64,000 nt of DNA from Macrostomum hystrix (taxonomy: Eukaryota; Animalia; Platyhelminthes). The notes below the pieces were generated by a model. That model worked only from the letters and a program-made list of their open reading frames with translations. It was not told the DNA's origin and searched no databases. The number at the start of each line of letters is the position of its first letter. The stretch's first letter is position 1. The position numbers and the translations under genes were made by a program. This document shows positions 11,544 through 24,039 of this stretch, one piece after another. The stretch is taken from NCBI GenBank assembly GCA_950097015.1, contig CATNEN010000002.1, positions 5,642,001-5,706,000 on the forward strand. Reading direction: 5' to 3'.

Positions 11544-13424
11544 GCTTGAAAATCAGGCAAGGACACTATTTGGGTGCCTGGTTAGATTTGGGTAGGGCTT
11601 TTGCTCAACAGATTCTCTCTCTTATAGACTGCCAGCTCTGAAAGGGTGGAGAGAACGAATTAGACATTTTTATTTTATTCAATTAGCATGAAAGAGAAAT
11701 CGCTATTAGATGGGCTTTTCTTATTTAATTTCCTTTATAAATTGGACTGGTTTGTAAGACCAGCAAGAAAATTGTTTCATTTTATTTGTCTTTAAACTAA
11801 TACTGGTAGTCTAATACACAGCAAAATTTATTTATTAAAGTAATTTTAAATTAGAGGAATTCTTAACGATCTAAATGTGCATTTAATGATTACTTTATAT
11901 AAATATAAATATATATGCAGTAAATTATCAGTAATCAATACAGAGGATGGAAGAAACTATTTTGCCGAAGTTTTCCCTAAATAATACAAGACAAACTGAA
12001 ATACATTTTTAGCGGATAATTATTGCGCTATTTTCTTGCTTCCTATGTTTAACTCAATACTGTACTTGTACTGTCAACTATAAAACGGATTGACTAAATC
12101 TAACACGGTTTTTGGAGTTTCTGTAAAAGACTATATTATAAGCAAATCCTCAAAAACCATCCACACAAGAAATCTTAAAAAACAAAAACATCGCAATTAA
12201 AGAAGAAAATTTAAGCTCTTGAACTGCTTATACCAGGTTTATTTCTAAGTATACTAAAAGTAAATTTTAAGCAATGCCTCAAGATAAAGCAAAAAATGTT
12301 TGTAATGAAATATGAGGTAGAATGATTGTTGATTATATATGTTTATAAATTGCTTCGTTTTCCCGATATAGATATGATAAAATACAAGGCTTTGCTACAC
12401 AGCTTGGTATCCATCAATTTTTTATTAAAACTGAACTAAGTTGTCAATTTGAAATAAATGTTGCTTGTTGAGCGTCAACATCAACCTATTGACTTAGCAG
12501 CAAAATGTGTCTAGATTTTACAGTTAATACATTTAAAAAAATTTTTAGTAAAAAAATTACTGTATATACACGAGTTAAAAGAAATTAATAAAATGCCTTT
12601 GTTTTAATAGAAAGTCTCACGAAATGAATGATGCGCACATTTTTAGTTTTTTAATAACATTTATTTTTTCCTTCGAGGCTCGTTTCTCGTTACTTATGCT
12701 CAATCGACCATACAAAGATTTTAATCGTAGAGTTATGCCCTAACATAGGTAACCCTCGAGTAATTTTAATTTGTCGTTTGCTAGATATGTTAAATTCTTA
12801 TGTTTACGTTTTTTATTTCATTGCTGATGTAGTTTATGGTTCTAGAATTCAGACATTCAGTCCGTATATCAACAATCTATAGGCTATAATTTTCGATAGT
12901 TTGACACTTAAATGTAATTTTAAATTTGTATATACGATAGTAAACAATTCTTATCTATAAGTGCGAAAATAGGTGCTTTCACATGTTATTTATTTTAATT
13001 AGTAAGAACTTGTTCTTTAATATTACTGTTGTTTTTATGCTTAGCGTATATACTCGTAGTACATTTAATATATATAATTCTGTCTTTATTACTCATTTAG
13101 ATAAATTCCAATTACTTTTATAATTTTATGTTTGCGCTGACAAAATCAATTTCGCATTTTTATAGCTGGCTTTTAGATGGATTTTTACAAGCTTTGGAAA
13201 ACAAAATACCTATTTTTTACTTATAAAACTTTTTTACTACTTTAGAAATCTAAGAATTGAATCCTGGCATTTTTACATTGAATCTTTGTATTTATTTCGA
13301 TCTTTTTTAAAAGCAATCTGTTCTGTTTTAAATGTAATAATTTCAGGTTTGACAAAATCAAACAAGCTGCTGTATTCATTGTCTCATAAAAGATCAACAA
13401 AACAAATCAAGCTAGCCAGCAGTC

Positions 13425-16400
13425 ATGGGTGACCTGTTCCGCAGTCAGGAGATGACCCTCTGCCAGCTGTTTCTGCAGGCGGAAGCGGCTTACGCCTGCG
13501 TGTCCGAGCTGGGCGAGCTCGGCCTGGTGCAGTTTCGCGACCTCAAGCCGGACACCAACGCCTTCCAGAGAAAATTTGTCAACGAAATTCGGCGCTGTGA
13601 TGAGATGGAGAGAAAACTGCGCTACCTGGAGAAGGAGATCCGCAAGGACGGCATCCCCATCCTTGACACCGGCGACAACCCGGAGGCTCCGAATCCGCGA
13701 GAGATGGTCGACCTGGAGGCCACCCTCGAGAAACTGGAAAACGAACTTCGCGAGGTCAACGCCTACGCCGAGTCGTTGAAGAAGAACTTCTTGGAGCTGA
13801 CGGAGCTGAAGCATATCCTGCGCAAGACGCAAACTTTCTTTGAGGAGGTGAGCAGCCAATGAGCGTACAATTGTCACAACCAGCGATTTTATAGCCATTG
13901 TTTCTATGGCTCTCACTATGCCTCACTAAGATTCGAACTTAAGACCTGCTGGCTTAAATAAAAATCTCCATCAACACTTGTTTACCTGTTATAATTAATA
14001 ATGAGAATATTAATATTAGTAATTGACCATTCCTGCCCCAATTGGGTCTGACGTGCTGCCGACAGCACAGCCGCAGCTATTGCAGCGGGGGACGCCAAAA
14101 CCACCCTCAAACTACCTTTATAAGTGTTAAGTGTTAAGTGTCTTGCTAAAGGACGCTGATTGTTTCTGTGGAGTCGGGAATCGAACCCCCGACCTTCAAG
14201 TCGCGAATCCGCCGCTCTAATCACTAGGCTAAACCCCCTATTATAAAAGATAGCTATAACAATTGCATCGATTGTAACAAAGGTGAGACACTTCAGTGAG
14301 AAGGAGTCGCGGTTTTAAACCGTATTACAATCTTGTAAAAATAAACGAACTCACCCTCACCCTGAAGGCCTTGCACGACCAGCATATGACGGAGGAGGCA
14401 GTCGGCCTCATGACCGAGGAAGGCATGATGGCCGGCGGCCAGGCTGCGGGCCTGAGGCTGCAGTGAGTGCCTGCGGATGCCGGCGTTGTCTAAATCTGTT
14501 GTCTATTAGCCAGAGATGTTGTACCTAGCCTGGTGTTTTGCACCGTCTGTCTAGTATTGATGCTATCATATTATGTGAATACGGCATAGCCTGCAAATGA
14601 GATAAACAGCTGATGCACTGAAAAGGACTCTGGGGTAATGTCTGATGTACTGTGTGGTAATTTCTAATGCAATTATGTATTGTAAGATAATGTCTTATGC
14701 ACTAATGTACTGTAGGGTAGTGTCTGATTTACTGAATGACTACGGGGTAATGCAGTGAAGGCAATGTGACGTACTGTAGGCTGAAGCATTTAGTTAAACA
14801 AAATTTATTATTTTCTTGGTATTTATTTGTTGTTGTAATTTCTTCAATTTATTATCCTTAAATACCGTTTATACATAATAATGCATATTCAAATTGTTGT
14901 CGTGTCTTGCTTAAACTTTCCTTCATTTTTTACCCACCCGTTGCGTAACTATCGGATGCAAAAGTACTTAAAAAAATGACAGCCAATCACAAACCGCGCA
15001 CAGGCTGAGGGTCTGTTACTCACGGAGGAGCAGGCCTGGGACCACATGGTCCACGGAGCCGCAGGCTCCCAGATGCTGCTATTCAGTGCGGCAGATTCTG
15101 ATGACACAGGGCTGGCAGATAATAACAACGCAGAAGGAGGCAGTGCGAAACTGTTTCTGCATTTTGAGTGAGGAAGATAAAAAAAATTTCTCATGGACTG
15201 GCCTGCGAAATGGAAGCATTAACCAGAGCTAACTCTCTGTTTGTTTAAGCTTGCCGTGATGGATAAATTCCTTTAAAAATGTATTATTATATTTTCTTAT
15301 CGGTTTATTTGCACTCTTAAAAATCTGAGCACTCGTGGTTTATCATGCATAAAATTTATCTGGTTTGCTAACAACCTGGTTGATCTTTCGTAATTACGTG
15401 AATCACATTAGCAACAATTGCTAGTCTTTTGAAGAAAAAACATTCTAAGGAGTCTAATTAAAACCCTGTTGACTAACAGCACTACGAGCGTACTTTAGAA
15501 TAGCTAGCCAAGCTATCAACATAGCAACGTTTACTAAGTGTACTAAGACTCCATAGCAACAACAGTAAAATAAATCCTCCAATGAAAAATCAGAAACTTT
15601 TATTAGAAAAATCGACACAAAATAAAGTTCAAAAGTGCAGAATGAAGGTACTTGTGGAATGTACTTTTGAAGTATGTACTTTTCGAATGTACTTTTGGAA
15701 TGTACCCACGCCCGCAGGTCCGTTGCCGGCGTCATTCTGCGCGAGCGCCTGCCGGCCTTCGAGCGCATGCTGTGGCGCGTCTGCCGCGGCAACGTCTTCC
15801 TCAAGCAGGCCGAGATTGACACGGCCCTTGAGGACCCGGGCACCGGCGACAAGGTGCTCAAATCTGTCTTCATCATCTTCTTCCAGGGCGAGCAGTTGAA
15901 GAGTCGAGTCAAGAAGATCTGCGAAGGCTTCCGCGCCACTCTCTATCCCTGCCCGGACAGCCAGGCTGAGCGGCGCGAGATGGCCATCTCCGTGATGACC
16001 CGCATCGAGGACCTCAACACCGTGCTCAACACCACCGTGGATCACCGCATGCGGGTCCTGATGGCTGCCGCCAAGAACCTTCGACTCTGGTTCATCAAGG
16101 TGGGCAAGATCAAGGCCATCTATCACACCTTGAATATGTTCAACGTGGAGGCCACAAACAAGTGCCTCATCGCTGAGGCCTGGTGTGCCGTTGACGATCT
16201 GGACAAGATCCACCTGGCCCTGCGGAGGGGCACAGAGAGGGCCGGGAGTTCGATTCCGCCTATTCTTAATAGAATGTCAACCAGGTTAGTTGTGGAACAC
16301 GCCACGGATAAGTTAATTTCAGCGTTTTAATAAGATGAGACATGGGAGAGATGAGACAGGGCAGAGATGAGACAGAAGAGAGATGAGACAGGGGAGGGTT

Positions 16401-19400
16401 GAGACACGGGAGAGATGAGACACGGGAGAGATGAGACACGGGAGAGATGAGACACGGGAGAGATGAGACACGGGAGAGATGAGACACGGGAGAGATGAGA
16501 CACGGGAGAGATGAGACACGGGAGAGATGAGACACGGGAGAGATGAGACAGGGGAGAGATGAGACAGCAGAGATGGGACTGGAGAGATGAGACTGTAGAG
16601 ATGAGACGGGGGAGAGATGAGACAGGGGAGAGATGAGACACGGGAGAGATGAGACACGGGAGAGATGAGACACGGGAGAGATGAGACACGGGAGAGATGA
16701 GACACGGGAGAGATGAGACACGGGAGAGATGAGACACGGGAGAGATGAGACACGGGAGAGATGAGACAGGGGAGAGATGAGACAGCAGAGATGGGACTGG
16801 AGAGATGAGACTGTAGAGATGAGACGGGGGAGAGATGAGACAGGGGAGAGATGAGGCATGAGATAGATGAGACAGGGGAGAGATGAGACAGGGCAGAGAT
16901 GAGACAGGGCAGAGATGAGACAGAAGAGAGATGAGACAGGGGAGGGTTGAGACACGGGAGAGATGAGACACGGGAGAGATGAGACACGGGAGAGATGAGA
17001 CACGGGAGAGATGAGACACGGGAGAGATGAGACACGGGAGAGATGAGACACGGGAGAGATGAGACAGGGGAGAGATGAGACAGCAGAGATGGGACTGGAG
17101 AGATGAGACTGTAGAGATGAGACGGGGGAGAGATGAGACAGGGGAGAGATGAGGCATGAGATAGATGAGACAGGGGAGAGATGAGACAGAAGAGAGATGA
17201 GACAAGAGAGATGAGACAGGGAAGGGTTGAGACACGGGAGAGATGAGACACGGGAGAGATGAGACACGGGAGAGATGAGACAGAGCAGAGATGAGACAGG
17301 GCAGAGATGAGACAGAAGAGAGATGAGACAGAAGAGAGATGAGACAGGGGAGGGTTGAGACACGGGAGAGATGAGACACGGGAGAGATGAGACACGGGAG
17401 AGATGAGACAGGGGAGAGATGAGACAGCAGAGATGAGACAGCAGAGATGAGACTGTAGAGATGAGACAGGGGAGAGATGGGACACGGGAGAGATGAGACA
17501 CGAGAGAGATGAGACACGGGAGAGATGAGACACGGGACAGATAAGACAGGGGAGAGATGAGACACTGGAGAGATGAAACACTGGAGAGATGAGACACGGC
17601 AGAGATGAGACAGGGGAGAAATGAGACACGGGAGAGATAAGACACGGGAGGGATGAGACAGGGGAGAGATGAGACAGCAGAGATGGGACTGGAGAGATGA
17701 GACTGTAGAGATGAGACAGGGGAGAGATGAGACAGGGGAGAGATGAGACATGAGATAGATGAGACAGGGGAGAGATGAGACAGGGGAGAGATGAGACAGG
17801 GGAGAGATGAGACAGGGGAGAGATGAGACACGGGAGAGATGAGACAGGGGAGAGATGAGACAGGGGAGCATTTAAGGCAGTCTAGGATCTGCATCGAGCT
17901 CAATCTTAGCCACATTTGTCGCCGACCCCGCAGGGAGATGCCGCCGACGTATTTCCGTGTGAACAAATTGACCTCTGGCTTCCAGAATATTATCGATGCC
18001 TACGGTGTGGCCTCCTATCGCGAGGCCAACCCGTCGCCATTCGCCATCATCACCTTTCCGTTTTTATTCGCCGTGATGTACGGCGACTTTGGGCACGGCA
18101 CGCTGATGTTCCTGTCGGCCCTGTGGATGGTGCTGCGTGAGAAGCAGCTGGCCTCAACTGCCAAGGCTTCAGAGATCTGGGCCACGTTCTTTAACGGCCG
18201 GTACATCATCCTGCTTATGGGCGCGTTTTCCATCTACACTGGACTTATTTACAACGACTGCTTCTCCAGGTGAGCAAAGCTTTTGCTTTTCTGGGATGTG
18301 GGATTTGGGATCTGGGATCTGAGATTTTGGATTTGGGATCTGGGATCTAAGATTTTGGATTTGGGATCTGGGATTTGGGATCTAAGATTTTGGATCTGGG
18401 ATCTGGGATTTGGGATCTGAGATTTTGGATTTGGGATCTGGGGTCTAAGATTTTGGATTTGGGATCTGGAATTTGGGATCTGCTATTTGGGATCTGCGAT
18501 TTGGGATATGCGATTTGGGATCTGCGATTTGGGATCTGCGATTTGGGATATGCGATTTGGGATCTGGGATTTGGGATCTGGGATTTGGGATTTGGGATCT
18601 GGGATTTGGGATTTGGGATCTGGGATTTGGGATCTGGGATTTGGGATCTGGGATTTGGGATCTGGGATTTGGGATCTGTGATTTTGGATCTGCGATTTGG
18701 GATCTGGGATTTGGGATCTGGGATTTGGGATCTGGGATTTTGGATCTGCGATTTTGGATCTGCGATTTGGGATCTGGGATTTGGGATCTGGGATTTGGGA
18801 TCTGGGATTTGGGATCTGGGATTTGGGATCTGGGATTTGGGATCTGGGATTTGGGATCTGGGATTTGGGATCTGGGATTTGGGATCTGGGATTTGGGATC
18901 TGGGATTTGGGATCTGGGATTTGGGATCTGGGATTTGGGATCTGGGATTTGGGATCTGGGATTTTTACTGTGGATCCGGCGTCCGTGCAGGTCCGTGAAC
19001 ATCTTCGGCTCCGGTTGGAGCGTCCGCGGCCAGTTCAACCAGACCCTGCTGCCTGACCAGCTGCGCCTGCAGATCCGCGGCATCGACACGCTCCAGCTGA
19101 ACCCGAACGATGCCCAGGCCAAAGCCTGGCGGGCCAATCCCTATCCGTTCGGCCTGGATCCCATCTGGCAGGTGTCGGCCAATAAGATCACCTTCACTAA
19201 CAGCATCAAGATGAAGGCCTCGGTAGTGCTGGGTGTGCTGCACATGCTGTTTGGCGTGTTCGTGAGCCTCACTAACCACCTGCACCGCAAGGATATGCTG
19301 TCTGTTGTTGGAGAATTCGTGCCCCAGGTCCTGTTCCTGCTTGGAATGTTTGGTTACCTGGTCATTCTCATCATCTTCAAGTGGGCCGTCTACTCTGGCC

Positions 19401-19856
19401 GTAACAGCAACTGCGCTCCCAACCTGCTCATTGGTGAGCACTGGGATTGCTGTTAGACTGGACTGCAAAGGGTTTTAGTCGACCCAAGAATGGTGTTAGA
19501 CAAGAGTGTTAGAATAGGGTAGACAGAAAAGCGAAGGTTACTTAGACATGGCTGAGAAGGGTGTTAGACATCGCTGAGAAGGGTGTTAAAACTAGAATGT
19601 TTTAAAGAGTATCAAACAAGACAGTATGTGAGCACTTTCGGCTAACAATATCCTGCCGCTCGCAGGACTCATCAACATGTTTCTGTTCCGGTACGACAAA
19701 GTCAGCAGCTCCTGCCCGCCAATCTACTCCGGCTATCAGGGAGTCCAGACCTTCCTGGTGCTGATCATTGTACCATGCGCGCCCTGGATGCTGCTGGTCA
19801 AGCCGCTCATTCTGCGACGCAGGCAGCAGATGCTGGCCAGAGGCGGCGTGATTAGC

Positions 19857-19887
<31 letters not shown>

Positions 19888-21160
19888 TGGAGGGCGGAGC
19901 TGACGGCGGCAACATTCAGACTGACGTTGGAGAGCAGAACCAGGACGGCCTGTACAACTCGCACGACGGCGGCAAAGCTGTGGATATGGGCGCCGGCTAT
20001 GGAGATCACGGCGGCGAGGAGGTGGGTTGCATGGAATCACGAATGTGTTAGATAAACTGTTAGATAGGATTTCCCACTTGCTATACAGAAATTAGCACCT
20101 GTTATACACCTGAGGGTTAAGATTTCACACCTGTTAGATATGAACTCGCACCTGTTAGATATGAACTCGCAACTGTTTGATAAGAACTCGCACCTGTTAG
20201 ATAGGAATTCACACCAGTTAGATAGGAACTCACACCTGTTAGATAGGAACTCACACCTGTTAGATAGGATTTCGCGCCTGTTAGATATGAACTCGCACCT
20301 ATTAGATAGGATTTCGCACCTGTTAGATATGAAGTCGCACCTGTTAGATAGGAATTCACACCAGTTAGATAGGAACTCACACCTGTTAGATAGGAAATCA
20401 CACCTGTTAGATAGGATTTCGCGCCTGTTAGATATGAACTCGCACCTATTAGATAGGATTTCGCACCTGTTAGATATGAAGTCGCACCTGTTAGATAGGA
20501 ACTCACACCTGTTAGATAGGAATTCACACCTGTTAGATAGGATTTCGCACCTGTTAGATATGAACTCGCACCTGTTAGATAGGATTTCGCACCTGTTAGA
20601 TATGAACTCGCACCTGTTAGATAGGAACTCACACCTGTTAGATAGGAACTCACACCTGTTAGATAGGAATTCACACCTGTTAGATAGGATTTCGCACCTG
20701 TTGATTGCACAAGTGTAAGGTATGAAAGTGAATGTTAAACACTATAGCAAAATTTTCACCAATCAATGATCTCGCATCGCAGCAGGTTGACATCGGAGAA
20801 GTGTTTGTACACCAGGCCATCCACACGATTGAGTACTGCTTGAGCTGTATTTCGAACACAGCCAGCTACCTGCGCCTCTGGGCCCTGTCTCTGGCCCACG
20901 CGCAGCTGTCTGAGGTCCTGTGGAGCATGGTCCTGTCCATCGGACTCAAGCGCGAAGGCTTCGAAGGCTCCATCGCTGTTGCTGTGGTGTTCGGCTTCTG
21001 GGCCCTTCTAACCGTGGTTGTGCTGCTGCTAATGGAGGGCCTGTCTGCTTTCCTGCATGCTCTGCGTCTGCACTGGGTCGAGTTCATGAACAAGTTCTAC
21101 AAGGGCGAGGGCTACAAGTTTGAGCCGTTCTCATTTGCCAGGGCCGAAGTTGAAGTTTGA
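13425..21160 (+). CDS. ATP6V0A1: V-type H+-ATPase V0 subunit a (a1/Vha100/unc-32 type)
   Basis: join(13425-13847,14368-14462,15718-16284,17934-18269,18991-19433,19666-20021,20786-21160) = 2595 nt, phases consistent. Hallmarks: [77 protein letters not shown] (essential Arg), [16 protein letters not shown]. Confidence 0.97.
14031..14231 (-). mobile_element. tRNA-derived SINE, family 1, copy B (first coding intron of the V-ATPase gene)
   Basis: Reverse strand reads TAGTGATTAGAGC...GGTTCGATTCCC...CCTTTAGCAAGACACTTAAC...GCAATAGCTGCGGCTGTGCTGTCGGCAGCACGTCAGACCCAATTGGGGCAGG. Confidence 0.8.
14368..14462 (+). CDS. ATP6V0A1: V-ATPase a exon 2a ([32 protein letters not shown])
   Basis: AG acceptor at 14366-67 (second in-frame AG at 14381-82), donor CA|GTGAGT, phase 0 to 2; restores LRL-x-SVAGVI, matching the conserved LRLGFVAGVI. 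Confidence 0.8.
15004..15167 (+). CDS. ATP6V0A1: V-ATPase a candidate alternative exon 2b ([16 protein letters not shown]...[11 protein letters not shown])
   Basis: CAG acceptor, GA|GTGAG donor, 164 nt, stop-free, same phases (0 to 2) as exon 2a; a GC-rich island in an AT-rich intron. Confidence 0.65.
16333..17873 (+). repeat. 16-bp purine-rich minisatellite (GAGATGAGACACGGGA)n with higher-order blocks
   Basis: Fills V-ATPase intron 16285-17933; the variant block GGGACTGGAGAGATGAGACTGTAG recurs about 4 times. Confidence 0.95.
18291..18962 (+). repeat. Heptamer minisatellite (GATTTGG/GATCTGG)n
   Basis: Fills V-ATPase intron 18270-18990. Confidence 0.95.
20110..20705 (+). repeat. 21-bp minisatellite (CACCTGTTAGATAGGAACTCA-like)
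   Basis: In V-ATPase intron 20022-20785. Confidence 0.95.
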
Positions 21161-21279
21161 AATGGCGGCGGCAAACGGGGAAGAAAGGGGAGATTTAAAT
21201 GCGCAAGTTGACGAAAGTATTTATTTATTTTTAAATCACGATTTTAGGTAACGAAAATTGACGAGAGTTTAATATTATT

Positions 21280-21650
21280 AATCTGTATCAATCGATTAGT
21301 AAACTCTATGACTTATCAATCGGTTAGTAAAATCAGTAATTTATCTATCGATTTGTAAAAAAACTAATTTTTATCGATCCATTAGTAAAATCGGTACTTT
21401 ATCGATAAGTAAAAACGATAATTTATCGATCGATTTTTAAAATCGATAATTTATCGATCGATTTTTTAAATCGATAATTTATCGATCGATTAGTAAAATC
21501 GATAATTTATCGATCGATTAGTAAAATCTATTACTTATCGATCGACTAGTAAAATCGATTACTTATCGATCGACTAGTAAACTCTATATAATTTATCGAT
21601 CGTTTAGAAAATCGATAATTTATCGTACTTTATCGTACCGTTTATCGGTT
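21280..21650. repeat. Palindromic ATCGAT-rich minisatellite (ATCGATAATTTATCGATCGATTAGTAAA-like)
   Basis: Begins ~120 nt after the V-ATPase stop codon. Confidence 0.85.
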
Positions 21651-22664
21651 AGTAATTACTGATTATTAACTATTTTTAATTCTATGATATGGTTAAAGTT
21701 AAGTTTACGGGACGAACGATGAAGAAATAGGAATATTTTTGCTGTTTTTGGATACGCAAGCAGTGTCATGACAAATTGCCAGATAATCTCTACGAAATCC
21801 ACTTTTTAATGCATAATAAAATATTTGTCATTTCACAATATCTAACACTTACCTATAGAACTATGAAGGCGATGAATATTAATTTTCGTTGCACCTTTGC
21901 ATTGCGTTCTAAACAAGCACTATAACAATTATCAAATTCGGCATAATTTTTCGGCAAAACCTCATTGTGGATGTCGACTGTTAGTTTCTTTCCTTACTAC
22001 TGTTTATTAGTAGCATTCATCAGCTCGTTCAGTTTATTTGTCTTTAATTTATAAGTTATTTCTGTACTTATTTTGCTTTTGGTTATAGTTCACCGTTGTT
22101 TATGCCCATTCGTTGGCACTTTAATCGATTTTTTAAACAAGACATTCATGTACAATTACTGCATTGTATCCTCAATATCGCTGAAAAAGCTAAATTACAG
22201 TAGTCGATCTGCACGTTAACTGTTTTACTTTTTGTCTATTTTCATTTCATTTATTCTGTTGTTTTAGATTCAGCTGTGCTATGCGAATTCATTTCACAAA
22301 TTATTGAACTTGTTATTCAATAAATTTGTCCACTTTTCACAATGCTAACAGGCACATAGTCTTACAATTTTCATACGGATTTAGTTTTACAGTTGTTAAG
22401 TTTCTGGTGATCTCGAGTGTGTTGCGAATCTCAAACTTTTATCTTTATAGTATAACCCCATGATATATTACTATATATTACGCGTGTAGATTTTTACATA
22501 GCAGCTTAAAAAAGCGAACTATACAAAAATATAAATTAATAGGTTCTTAGCTAGATTAACTCGTTTAAACAATTAAAGCCTAGGTTCTATGTGATATTTT
22601 CATGTTGTGGCATTCCAAATGGTGCATCCGCTATTGCTTGTTCAGGCTTAAGTTATTTGTTGAA

Positions 22665-23353
22665 ACTGGGGATCTGGGAAGATGAAGGTCAGGAAACTGG
22701 GGATCTGGGAAGATGAAGGTCAGGAAACTGGGGATCTGGGAAGAAGAAGGTCAGGAAACTGGGGATCTGGGAAAATGAGGGACAGGAAACTGGGGATCTG
22801 GGAAGATGAGGGACAGGAAACTGGGGATATGGGAAGATGAAGGTCAGGAAGCTGGGGATCTGGGAAGATGAACGTAAGGAAACTGGGGATCTGGGAAGAA
22901 GAAGGTCAGGAAACTGGAGATCTGGGAAAATGAGGGACAGGAAACTGGGGATATGGGAAGATGAAGGACAGGAAACTGGGGATCTGGGAAGATGAAGGTC
23001 AGGAAACTGGGGGCCTGGGAAGATGAAGGTTAGGAAACTGGGGGCCTGGGAAGATGAAGGTTAGGAAGCTGGGGATCTGGGAAGATGAAGGTCAGGAAAC
23101 TGGGGATCTGGGAAGATGAAGGTCAGGAAACTGGGGATCTGGGAAGATGAGGGACAGGAAACTGGGGATCTGGGAAGATGAAGGTCAGGAAACTGGGGAT
23201 CTGCGAAGATGAAGGTCAGGAAACTGGGGATCTGCAAAGATGAAGGACAGGAAACTGGGGATCTGGGAAGAAAAAGGTCAGGAAACTGGGTATCTGGGAA
23301 GATGAAGGACAGGAAACTGGGGCCTGGGAAGATGAAGGACAGGAAGCTGGGGA
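22665..23353 (+). repeat. ~31-bp minisatellite (GGGGATCTGGGAAGATGAAGGTCAGGAAACT)n
   Basis: Tandem array between the convergent V-ATPase and ANKRD10 3' ends. Confidence 0.95.
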
Positions 23354-24039
23354 TCCTAAATTGTCCCCCAATAACAGAAATGAAGCCAAGAGACAAGACT
23401 TGTTTATTTATCGATTTGAGTTTACGAGCAGGGCACACAGACAATATGCAAAAAACATAAAACCCGAACTTCTCTAAACAACAAATTTTATTGTCCATTT
23501 TGCTAAACTCAGTCTAAATGGTATAAAACAACTGCCAGTGGGCACAAAAAAGACGACAGAAAATAAACGGCCTGCTAGAAAACTTGAACGAAAATGTCAA
23601 GAAGCGAATGAGTTGAGAATAACACAATACATTTTCTAAGAAAAAATTGTGTGCTTGAAACTGCTGCTTGAAACGAACTTTCAAATGGAAAGTTGCGAAT
23701 ATCAGTGTAGAAATTTAAATATGATTTACCCTATAGAACAAAACTATATCATGGTGGACACGGTGATAACTGAAAGCTGTTTTTAGAGCTGAGTCAACTT
23801 TGTATTTAAAAGTACACTGAAACACAATCAATTGGCACAAAAATCTAACAATTGTATCTTAGCAGATATGCCCTGATAGTTGATTAGCTGATGACTGTGT
23901 CAAACAACACTGGCTGCCTTTTCATGAATTCACCAATTAGGAAGATAAAGAGAATTCGTTCGCTTTATTAGGGAGAAACACAACGCAGAAACATCTAATA
24001 AATCAAGCTAATTGTAACACACATGTACTGCAGATTTGG

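Noticed and set aside
9587-11549. Plus-strand ORFs of 141-163 aa (similar shadows at 13407-13916, 15629-16213, 18965-19468)
   Set aside because: Antisense shadows of GC-rich coding exons.
16266-17966. Long [13 protein letters not shown] ORFs (also 52847-55577)
   Set aside because: Stop-free translations of intronic minisatellites on the non-coding strand.
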